Of a stretch of DNA of 26,599 nucleotides, positions 17,670-25,997 are shown in pieces. Position 1 is the stretch's first letter, and every line of letters starts with the position of its first letter. This stretch comes from Bdellovibrionales bacterium. GTDB lineage: Bacteria > Bdellovibrionota > Bdellovibrionia > Bdellovibrionales > JAMPXM01. The notes under the pieces were generated by a model that saw nothing but the letters and a program-made list of their open reading frames with translations, did no database searches and was not told the DNA's origin. The position numbers and the translations under genes were made by a program. The stretch spans positions 1 to 26,599 of the forward strand of contig JAYUEN010000523.1 in NCBI GenBank assembly GCA_043739185.1. Reading direction: 5' to 3'.

Positions 17670-19817
17670 GTGATCTATAAAATTTTTTTCCTCATATTTT
17701 ACCTAGCTTCTGTAGTACACGCTGAAAACATAAACGAATATCTGTCGCAAACACTCTATGCGTGGAAAATGGGCCGGTCTTGCGGCAACGATATCAGAAG
17801 CCTAGCTTTTCAAAAGGATGACCCGCAACCACTTTGTAAAATATCTGAATTTTTTCCAACTAACAATATCCGAGACGTCACCCCTGCCCTCAATGACAAT
17901 CTATTTTTTGATGAGGCATCACGAGAATTTTTGAATCGAAACAAATGTTGGGAAACTAAAGTGAATGGTCTCGACGAGAACAAGAAGAAGTTACTCGTTG
18001 AAGATATCAACAGCAAGCTTCCATTCGTAAAAGCGCTCAAGGCCGAAGTCTTGAAAGTTCGCAAAGAACGCTATGATTATATCAAGCAATTTGCATCAAC
18101 CCAAAATGAAGTTCGAAATCGCGAGCACCAAGCTCAGCTAGACAATTTCAAACGTAAAGAAACTGAATTGAAGGCCAACCTCAACGCTCTTCTTTCGTCA
18201 ACATGGTTTGGAGATCACTTTATAGCCAAAGAGTTGATCATGTCCCTTGTTGACAAGGCTACGAATCTCGAAATGAATGGGCTCGAGAGTTTGATTCTTA
18301 AGCCCATGCTTGAGATTTCACACAAAGAACAGCTGAACTTACTCCGGGCCTCTAACTTAGGTATCCCTGTCGACCAAAACTATAGAAATATTCGCAATCG
18401 ATATGGTGTGTTCATGAATCCCCAAACCATCATAAAGAAAAATCGCGAGCTCGATCAAAAGGAACTCGCCGATTTAAGCAAGCTGAATCCGGATAGGCTC
18501 TCTTTTGATTTAAATGACGACCAAAAAGTCATGCTCTTTCGAGAAAATGGTCTGGGAAAATATTTGTTTAAATCCTCTGCAAGCGAATTTTATCATAACA
18601 CCGATATAATGTGCCGACTCGAAGGAAAATATGGTGAAGGCCGAACTTCGCTTGAACATGTCGAGACAGGCACCGTGCTCGCCTTGGGGGTTATTGTTCC
18701 GATGGCTCCCTTTCTTGCCGTGGCAAGAGGACTCATGACACTTCAAACTGCCGAAGCTATTTCAATCATGACCGCCACAGGAATTACGGGGCTTGGCTCC
18801 TACCAACAAATTATGAGTTCTTGCCCACATTCGGACAATAATATACGACTGAGCTCCACCTGCGAAACTTCAAAACTTTCAACTTCGGATTTCGCTTCGC
18901 AAATCAAAAAATCGAATTGCGTTCTCAACGTTGTTTTAGCAAGCTTGCCGTTTGTTTCAGTCGCAGCCACCAAACTTATCAAACATATAGCCGAATTATT
19001 AAACATTGCAAAATCAGGTCAAAGCAAACTCACCGCCAGTCTAATAGCGGCAGAAGAAGACGCAGCAGTTGCCGAACAAGCCCTTACTTCGGGAGCAAAC
19101 AATGCAAGAAGCAACTGGCGTCAAGATTTGACGGACATCGAAGTGGATTACCCCGACTCTTCCTATGAACGTGTGCCTAAGGGAAAAGTACAAAGCTCAC
19201 TAAATGGTTTTATAATTAGGTCCAGAGATGGTACCGCCCGACTTTTTAAACCCTGCCTTCCCACAGGTGTTTCGAACTGCTACTATGATGTCTTTGCCTC
19301 ACTGCTCGACAAATTTATCGGGTTGAATGCGGTGGCAGATACCCGACTTCATCTAACGGATTTGCCAACCGATCTCAGAAAAGACGAATTCATTTCACAA
19401 GCTCACAAAATACTTGGTGCCTCCCAAACTTATTTTCCAGACGCAATACAAGATCCAGATCTTATGAAAATCGCAAAAAAAACAGATTTAAATCGGCAAG
19501 AAATTATCGACTTCATTTTAGGAAGTGTAGATCGTGAACACCAAGAACATCAATTTGTTTTCACTAAGGACGGACATCTACAGTCGACCAATAACAGTCA
19601 AGCCTTTGAAGTTTCACATCCGGTTCTCTCTAACCGAGCCCTTTACTTTATGCAGAGTCCAGAAGGACTGGCTCTTATCAATAGACTCAAAAGTATAAGC
19701 GAACAAGATCTTGAAAAATTCGTAACCAAACCCGGAATTCAAAGTGCAGACCAAAAATTGGTTATAGAAAGGCTCAGGTTTCTGAGAGACTTGAATCCCC
19801 ATTCGAGGCTCGATTAG
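17670..19817 (+). CDS. large secreted protein with coiled coil, hydrophobic helices and a C-terminal degenerate PI3K/PI4K/HipA-like kinase domain
   Basis: Signal peptide (..VVHA-E). C-terminal motifs DGTARLFKP, DVFASLLDKFIGLNAVADT, GASQ, DFILGSVDRE, DGHLQSTNNSQAF. Confidence 0.7.
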   Translation: MIYKIFFLIFYLASVVHAENINEYLSQTLYAWKMGRSCGNDIRSLAFQKDDPQPLCKISEFFPTNNIRDVTPALNDNLFFDEASREFLNRNKCWETKVNGLDENKKKLLVEDINSKLPFVKALKAEVLKVRKERYDYIKQFASTQNEVRNREHQAQLDNFKRKETELKANLNALLSSTWFGDHFIAKELIMSLVDKATNLEMNGLESLILKPMLEISHKEQLNLLRASNLGIPVDQNYRNIRNRYGVFMNPQTIIKKNRELDQKELADLSKLNPDRLSFDLNDDQKVMLFRENGLGKYLFKSSASEFYHNTDIMCRLEGKYGEGRTSLEHVETGTVLALGVIVPMAPFLAVARGLMTLQTAEAISIMTATGITGLGSYQQIMSSCPHSDNNIRLSSTCETSKLSTSDFASQIKKSNCVLNVVLASLPFVSVAATKLIKHIAELLNIAKSGQSKLTASLIAAEEDAAVAEQALTSGANNARSNWRQDLTDIEVDYPDSSYERVPKGKVQSSLNGFIIRSRDGTARLFKPCLPTGVSNCYYDVFASLLDKFIGLNAVADTRLHLTDLPTDLRKDEFISQAHKILGASQTYFPDAIQDPDLMKIAKKTDLNRQEIIDFILGSVDREHQEHQFVFTKDGHLQSTNNSQAFEVSHPVLSNRALYFMQSPEGLALINRLKSISEQDLEKFVTKPGIQSADQKLVIERLRFLRDLNPHSRLD

Positions 19818-19888
19818 GGTCCCAGAAAAATAATGAAGTTTATTGAAAAAAAAGCCGATTGTATTGCACTATGCTGGAGTCGTGACGA

Positions 19889-22342
19889 ATGTATCAAAAC
19901 AGGATTTTTATAGGTGTTTCTTGCATATTGCTGTTTTCAATCTTGACGGGTATTTTTCAAAATTGCAGTTCTTTCACAGCAACAAGTACAGAGCTTCAAA
20001 CAAACCTACAAATGTCGTCGCCTGGTCTACCCGGGCTAGATTTTTCAGTCGCTGAATCCAAGGGAAGTTTGGTTTCTCTCAATGACTTCTACTTTCAATA
20101 CCCGGATCGACTTTTTGGGACAAACCAAATTCTTTATAGAAAAAATATGGGTGAGCTTGTATTATACAATTTAAAAACAGACGTGGCCGATAAATTCGTC
20201 AAGCTGCCAGACTCAAGCATTGATTCGATTTTTACATTTTATAATCTAAATAGGGTCTTTTTTACAGAAACCGACTCGCTTCAAGGGAAATCTTTTTTGA
20301 CGGTTTTCGATTTAACCTCACGAACGCAAAAGCGAGTTCTTGAGATCAAAAAGGCAGGCTATTCTTGCGGCGCCTATCCGTACGAGCCACGAATCTCAAA
20401 AATTGTTTGCTCAATCAAACACACAAAAAAGGCAACGGATGTTGGCTTAGCACTTATTGATGCTCAAACTTTAGAAGTTAGTACAATGGCTGAAACCGAC
20501 AATAATGTGAATTTGGATTATCAATATATGCAAGACCTTTTTGATATCAATTATCAGTACGGCAGAAGTACTTTTATCTATCCGGCTCAAAAACAACTTG
20601 TTGTTCAGGCATTTGATGTGAATGCTAAAGTACTAAAAAATTATCGATTTTCTGAAACGCAAGTCGCGCTGGTGACAGACAGTGAAGTAGATAATTACTG
20701 GAATGACGGAAATCAAATCAACTTGGCCCAAGCCATAAGTAAAATTGCAGTCGCTCCTAATAGAGGACAAGACTCTATTTGTTTGGGTTCTAACTATTCG
20801 GGGGCAGGCTTTTCTTCGGCGCAAAATAAATATTGCACGCCTTATGGTATGCTGATTTTGAGCTTGAACAACGGTCTATATGGCTTACAGGTCTGTTCAA
20901 GTAATATTTTGTGTGATGCCTTAACTTTGCCAGAGCAAGACTTTAAATGGTCGCTCAACCCATCACTACAATTGACGGACGATCAAAAAAGTCTGGTTAT
21001 TTCGGCTTCAAGTTCCCAATCTAACTTATCGATTAACGGCTTATTTTCTTACGATTTCGAAAAAAAGCTTCTTAAAAAAATTGTCGATCCGGGAGAGCAA
21101 ACCAATGCAAAATTAATCACCACTGGCAATGGTGCCAATCTGTTTTTACTTGCCTCAGACAAGTTTATTTCAACAGAATATGGAATACAAAGACCTCATA
21201 TTTTCTTTAACATTTCAGCCGGGCAATCGATACCTGCGCCTCTTTTGCCACCCAATTTACTCACCTCTCATTCCTATTATTTAGTTCAGTACGGGGACCT
21301 CATCGCTTCAATTATGGTCGTGCCACCTGACCTAAAAACGATCTATGCACAGATAAGCGATGGGCGTATTATTTCGCAAACTGGTTACACACTGCTTCCG
21401 ACTTTTAAAAACAATGAAAAGGTTTATTCTCATGTGTTTTTACAAAAGGAAGTATCGACCGGTCAATTTGAAATTTACGAGTGGAATCTGAAAGTCAACC
21501 TGCTGCAATTTCTCTTTTCGACTTCAGCCTATACTGGGCGTGGCTTGAATGGTCTCCTTTCGAACGGAAAAATATATTTTTCTCGCAAGGCCGTTGATTC
21601 AACCAATAAGTGCGTGACCGAAATTCGTAGTGCTAGCGATGGCAGCGTGATTCAAATATTCACTTCGGACAATTCATCAAACTGCAACTACTTTGGCGCA
21701 GCTGATCTGAATAAAAAACTTGTCTTTTTGGTCGACGCCGTCTATCCGACGAGCAATATCCAGTCCTATGACTATGAGACAAAATTAACCACTCAAATTG
21801 GAGACTCCAAGTTCAGTGGCAGCATATCGACAATGCAAATTGAAAAAACATACTATTCATTAGGAAATGCATTAATTGATTCAGATGGGAAATTTATTTT
21901 GAACCTTGCTTGCTGGCTTTATGATTCAAAGGTCGGCCGGGGGACTAAACTTTACGGCATTTCGAGTTATCGAAATTCAGATAGCTCATTAGGGAGTAGA
22001 GTCCAAGAGGTGGATCCCATTTCCGGGCAAGTTAAAGATTTGGAGACTCTAGATCAATCAAGTATTTATTTGAGTGATTCTGGGTTTCATTTCATTTCAG
22101 AAAAGACAGATCTGGGAATGAAATTTACTGTTGGTTCCGCAGTTTACAATTTGGTGGGCTTTGGTTTTAACCAAAAAGGTCGATTCATTTCATATTCATC
22201 TAAAGCGTCCGGCCAATGGCAGTATGTTTATACAGATATTTTGGCCGGATCATTGAATCAAACAGTAATCAGTTCGCAAAATTCGTATTTTGGACTACAG
22301 AGCGATATGAGCTTTTTTGGAAGAATTCTAAGCGCATTTTAG
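19889..22342 (+). CDS. large lipoprotein (FQNC lipobox), probable multi-bladed beta-propeller
   Basis: IFQNCS after a hydrophobic signal; repeated beta-rich segments such as LVLYNLKT, LTVFDLTS, LALIDAQT, LFSYDFEK, IYEWNLK, EVDPISG. Confidence 0.75.
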   Translation: MYQNRIFIGVSCILLFSILTGIFQNCSSFTATSTELQTNLQMSSPGLPGLDFSVAESKGSLVSLNDFYFQYPDRLFGTNQILYRKNMGELVLYNLKTDVADKFVKLPDSSIDSIFTFYNLNRVFFTETDSLQGKSFLTVFDLTSRTQKRVLEIKKAGYSCGAYPYEPRISKIVCSIKHTKKATDVGLALIDAQTLEVSTMAETDNNVNLDYQYMQDLFDINYQYGRSTFIYPAQKQLVVQAFDVNAKVLKNYRFSETQVALVTDSEVDNYWNDGNQINLAQAISKIAVAPNRGQDSICLGSNYSGAGFSSAQNKYCTPYGMLILSLNNGLYGLQVCSSNILCDALTLPEQDFKWSLNPSLQLTDDQKSLVISASSSQSNLSINGLFSYDFEKKLLKKIVDPGEQTNAKLITTGNGANLFLLASDKFISTEYGIQRPHIFFNISAGQSIPAPLLPPNLLTSHSYYLVQYGDLIASIMVVPPDLKTIYAQISDGRIISQTGYTLLPTFKNNEKVYSHVFLQKEVSTGQFEIYEWNLKVNLLQFLFSTSAYTGRGLNGLLSNGKIYFSRKAVDSTNKCVTEIRSASDGSVIQIFTSDNSSNCNYFGAADLNKKLVFLVDAVYPTSNIQSYDYETKLTTQIGDSKFSGSISTMQIEKTYYSLGNALIDSDGKFILNLACWLYDSKVGRGTKLYGISSYRNSDSSLGSRVQEVDPISGQVKDLETLDQSSIYLSDSGFHFISEKTDLGMKFTVGSAVYNLVGFGFNQKGRFISYSSKASGQWQYVYTDILAGSLNQTVISSQNSYFGLQSDMSFFGRILSAF

Positions 22343-22678
22343 CTGTGCGTTCTCATTGTAGAACCGACCCTACTTGATGCGCTTTAACATTTTCTCTTCA
22401 GCTCGTGTTTTCAATTCATTAATTGGAGCGTAATGTTAATCTGGTCGAACCATTTCTCGAAAACTCAATGTACTCGGATTTGCATTACTCAATAAACTTC
22501 GTGTTATGCCTTGCGCTGAAATCTCAGTGATTTCTCTCAAAACGCTTGCAGAAACTTTTGCCTTATCAATTAATTCAGAAACTCCAGCTGCCATTGCAAT
22601 TGAAGAGACCGTCATCCAAAATTGAGCTTAGTTAAATTGAAGTATAACTTTTGCCCCAACTATGGAATATAAAGTCTC
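22330..22678 (-). pseudogene. possible decayed coding remnant
   Basis: One frame reads ETLYSIVGAKVILQFN*AQFWMTVSSIAMAAGVSELIDKAKVSASVLREITEISAQGITRSLLSNANPSTLSFREMVRPD*HYAPINELKTRAEEKMLKRIK*GRFYNENAQLKCA*, protein-like with internal stops. Confidence 0.35.
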
Positions 22679-22744
22679 AGCGAGTGATGGTAGGCTTCAT
22701 CTGATCTGTCCGTTTATCTCTAAGCTCTCTCTCGCCCTGGCGTA

Positions 22745-22903
22745 TCACAGCCTTCCCGTTAGCACCAGCACAAGAATAATGACCACCAGTAAGCCCAAGC
22801 CACCACTTGGCCCGTAACCCCAACTCTTGCTATGTGGCCACGTTGGAATGGCACCCACGAGCATCAAGATCAGAACGATTAACAGAATTGTTCCCAAACC
22901 CAT
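22745..22903 (-). CDS. DUF3309 family small membrane protein (52 aa; not in the ORF track)
   Basis: AAGGAGGT RBS, MGLGTILLIVLILMLVGAIPTWPHSKSWGYGPSGGLGLLVVIILVLVLTGRL*, with the diagnostic PxWPHSxxWGYxPSGGLG motif. Confidence 0.93.
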   Translation of the reverse strand: MGLGTILLIVLILMLVGAIPTWPHSKSWGYGPSGGLGLLVVIILVLVLTGRL

Positions 22904-22926
22904 ACGGTACCTCCTTGTGTCGGCGA

Positions 22927-23232
22927 TTATATAGATTTATGTCGCTTCATTTGTGGTCGTCCCGACATTGCATAGGTAATCAAACTTCCGGTAATGAGTC
23001 CCGCAAAAGCCGCCATCGCAAAACTTTTACCAGGATTTTCTTGGATGTAGTCGCGACCAGTTTTCATATAACCTGATGCTCTGCTTTCAAAGTCTGAGGC
23101 CATGGCTTTGACCTTTTCGCCCGCATCATGCGACATTTTTTCTAATGAGCTCTCTGCGCCTAGCACTTTATTTGCGAATTCGCTTGCCCCGCCATTTAAA
23201 GTATTTAATTTTTCAGTTGTAATGCTTGCCAC
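22927..23232 (-). CDS. DUF883 / ElaB-YqjD-like tail-anchored protein
   Basis: GAGGT RBS with GTG 23232, helical N-terminus, then YIQENPGKSFAMAAFAGLITG C-terminal TM followed by basic residues. Confidence 0.8.
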   Translation of the reverse strand: MASITTEKLNTLNGGASEFANKVLGAESSLEKMSHDAGEKVKAMASDFESRASGYMKTGRDYIQENPGKSFAMAAFAGLITGSLITYAMSGRPQMKRHKSI

Positions 23233-23333
23233 TGTACACCTCTTTTTTTTGTGAGTCATCTTGACTCAGATCTTGTTTTTTAACTTCCATCATCCATCAC
23301 CAATGCCTAATGAATATCTCACATCGCATGCTC

Positions 23334-23349
23334 TGCACCATCTATGCCA
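23334..23349 (-). promoter_or_regulatory. sigma54 promoter for DUF883-DUF3309
   Basis: Minus strand TGGCATAGATGGTGCA is GG-N10-GC. Confidence 0.6.
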
Positions 23350-23702
23350 CTTTCCTTGAGCTTTCGCCGAACGCCAGAAATTTTTAAACTAATTTCAATT
23401 TTCAAAATCAAATTAGAAAATGTGAACTCGCAATTTCATAACTACTCTCCAATTGTTTTCATGAAATCAAGGGGGAAGCTTATCGAAGATGCTGGGTTAC
23501 TCACTGGCCTTTTTTTCGCAATCAATGACAGATTTATGTTGTCCGGAGAAAACCGGATAAGCATTTTGAATTCTATGAATTGATATACTTTTTAGGAACT
23601 CATTAACTGGGAAATTAGACCTCATCAAATTATTTTTTGAGGTAAATGTCCCGATTTAAATTTTGATTACGCCATTATTTCGCTCCAGCGTAGTCTCTAC
23701 GG

Positions 23703-23718
23703 CGGCACGAAACCAGCT
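23703..23718 (+). promoter_or_regulatory. sigma54 promoter for the DUF4360 pair
   Basis: CGGCACGAAACCAGCT is GG-N10-GC with the GGCACG core. Confidence 0.5.
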
Positions 23719-23781
23719 AATATGCTGCCTGATCGGCATCACTAACAGATGTCGAGTAACAAAAATAACAGGGAGATAATT

Positions 23782-24381
23782 ATGAAAATAAAAATTGTAA
23801 GTGTATTTATGGCAAGCTTCGCGCTTGGTTCGTTTAGCTACGCGGACAATATCTCGCTAGGCACTCCAGGCTACGGCGGGACGGGCTGTCCAACAGATTC
23901 GGTTTCAGCTACATTAAGTCCTGACGCTAAGTCGTTGAGTCTTCTTTTTAATGAATACCAAATTAATGTCGGAGGAACCTCAGGCATGAGCTTTAATCGC
24001 AAGAGTTGCAATATTGCCATTCCTGTTCATGTTCCCCAAGGCTTGAGCGTTTCTATTTTGAAGATTGATTATCGTGGATTTAATTTTTTGCCCGCTGGAG
24101 CGTCTTCACAGTTTAATGTTGAATACTTCTTTGCAGGCTCACAGGGTCCAACCTTCAGAAAGAATTTCTTAGGCCCGATCAATACGGACTATCTCATTCA
24201 CAATGATTTAAGCGTTTCGGCCATCGTTTGGTCCCCCTGTGGTCAAGACGTAAACTTGAGAACCAACTCGAGTATCAGACTTAATACGGTCCGTAACCAA
24301 GAAGCACTTACAACGGTTGATTCCGAAGACGTAAATGCAGCGATTATCTTTCAATTGCAATGGCGTCAGTGCGGGGGCTAA
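23782..24381 (+). CDS. DUF4360 family secreted protein
   Basis: GGGAG RBS with ATG 23782, signal peptide, YGGTGCP..LSPD..LLFNEY..RKSCNIAIPVHVPQG..DYRG..WSPCG..WRQC. Confidence 0.88.
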   Translation: MKIKIVSVFMASFALGSFSYADNISLGTPGYGGTGCPTDSVSATLSPDAKSLSLLFNEYQINVGGTSGMSFNRKSCNIAIPVHVPQGLSVSILKIDYRGFNFLPAGASSQFNVEYFFAGSQGPTFRKNFLGPINTDYLIHNDLSVSAIVWSPCGQDVNLRTNSSIRLNTVRNQEALTTVDSEDVNAAIIFQLQWRQCGG

Positions 24382-24384
24382 AAA

Positions 24385-24960
24385 TTGAGATTATTTTTTT
24401 TGATTATTGAATTTGTCCTTTCGACAAGCATTGCCAACGCGCAAAACAACAATGCGTGCAATGGTGGAAGCTATTCGATCATTCATTCTCCAAATGGGGC
24501 AACCCTCAGTGTTCTCTTCGATCATTTCGTCGTAGAATCTGGGGGAAGCACTCCTAACTCTTTAAGCACAAGAACCTGCACTCTCGATATTCCTTTGGCA
24601 TTGCCAGATGGCTACAGTCTTGGAATTTATAGGGTGGACTATCGTGGTTTTGCTCAATTGAGTGACAAACAATTTTTTGAACTTTCAGTTCTCTATAATT
24701 TGGGCGAATCCTCGAATGGGCGGAGGTTTCAACGCAAGCTTAAGGATGCCTATAGCGCGAATTTTCTATTTACTGAAAACATAGGTGCAGGGCTTATGAA
24801 GCACGTCGGATGCGGTGAGAACGCAAAATTGAGTGTTTCGCTTGCCCTGAGTATAGACGGCAAAGCCAGCTCGTCGTTAGCAATGGCCGGCTTAGACTCC
24901 CTTGATGGCGCCCCACATGGTGGGCTCGTCTATCACTTCGAGTATAAGAAATGCCGATGA
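24385..24960 (+). CDS. DUF4360 family secreted protein (paralog)
   Basis: Signal peptide, SPNGATLSVLFD..RTCTLDIPLALPDG..VDYRGF..VGCG..DSLD..YKKC. It starts 3 nt after the first paralog. Confidence 0.82.
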   Translation: MRLFFLIIEFVLSTSIANAQNNNACNGGSYSIIHSPNGATLSVLFDHFVVESGGSTPNSLSTRTCTLDIPLALPDGYSLGIYRVDYRGFAQLSDKQFFELSVLYNLGESSNGRRFQRKLKDAYSANFLFTENIGAGLMKHVGCGENAKLSVSLALSIDGKASSSLAMAGLDSLDGAPHGGLVYHFEYKKCR

Positions 24961-25152
24961 TTGCAGACAAATGTAAACGATGGCCGAACCGTTGCAGCTT
25001 CTGAGCTTGATATCGAATTATCTGATGCAATTAACTTTTCATACCCTCAACAGTGACTCAGTCTTTATGACAAATCCAAGTCCCAAGATAAATAAAGTTA
25101 CCCCGCCAAGGCGTTGTTTGTTTCGTGCTACTGGTTAATATGACATATAAAC

Positions 25153-25692
25153 CTACTTCAAAATCTTCTTAGCGGACTCACTCATTAAGCTCACGGGATC
25201 ATTTTTCAATTTTTTTCTTTGCTCTGGAGTTATTTCGTTCATCAAGTCCATTCTTTGGAAAGCCTCAAGAGCGCCTTTACGTACGCGCCAATAATCACTT
25301 GTCAGCAATGTTTGAGGAGTCTGTTTGGCCCTATCATCAACGTTAGGTGAAGTATATTTCCATGACTCTACAGCGTAAATTCGAACCGTTCGCGAATCAG
25401 CCTTAACAGCTAAATTTAGAACAGCTGGTGTTAATTCATGAGCGTGGCTTTGCAATGCCATAAAAATCTGTAAAGCCTCAACTAGTAATTGCTCGGAAGA
25501 TTTTTTATCGGCAAAAATGGCCGCGAGCTTTGGAACAAAAAATGTTGCTTCTTCAACGATCTTATCTGAATCATTTCTAAAAAACGCAACGACCGTGTGT
25601 CCCATCAACATATCATCAGCAACATATTTGCCAGGCGGCGCCGAGATTTTTTTAAATATTGAAAATGTTTCTGGATCCAGAGGGTGAGTCAT
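25153..25692 (-). CDS. hypothetical protein, HEAT/PBS-like helical repeats (possibly 5'-truncated)
   Basis: ADSRTVRIYAVE, SDYWRVRKGALEAF, NDPVSLMSESAKKIL resemble HEAT repeats. No clear RBS. Confidence 0.55.
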   Translation of the reverse strand: MTHPLDPETFSIFKKISAPPGKYVADDMLMGHTVVAFFRNDSDKIVEEATFFVPKLAAIFADKKSSEQLLVEALQIFMALQSHAHELTPAVLNLAVKADSRTVRIYAVESWKYTSPNVDDRAKQTPQTLLTSDYWRVRKGALEAFQRMDLMNEITPEQRKKLKNDPVSLMSESAKKILK

Positions 25693-25997
25693 TTCATAAT
25701 ATTGATACTGAGCTTCAAATAGACTTACGAGCGATTATACCCTCAATTTTTTTAGAAGCCTAAACTTTACCGATCAACTTTTTTGTCCGAGTGCGTAGCT
25801 AAAATGTGGCTGAATATCTCACTTGAGATTTGAAGTTTTAAAATCTGTCCCTTCATAAGATGGGACTTTTGGACGAACTTTTTCAAAAATTTATCCAAAT
25901 TCTGAGAACTTTCGGCATGATACAGTAATTCTCGGTAACTTGATGAAAAATGCAAATTTCTGTGTACTATTTGGTATCCTTCAAGAAGTTTGCAGAG

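Noticed and set aside
22807..23076. 89-aa + strand ORF
   Set aside because: It is antisense to the well-supported DUF3309 and DUF883 genes.
23344..23583. 79-aa + strand ORF
   Set aside because: No RBS or recognisable motif; it lies in the AT-rich divergent promoter region and overlaps a sigma54 motif.
25767..25955. 62-aa minus-strand ORF as a possible 5' part of the HEAT-like gene
   Set aside because: It is in a different frame with several intervening stops, has a TTG start with no RBS, and cannot be supported without homologs.
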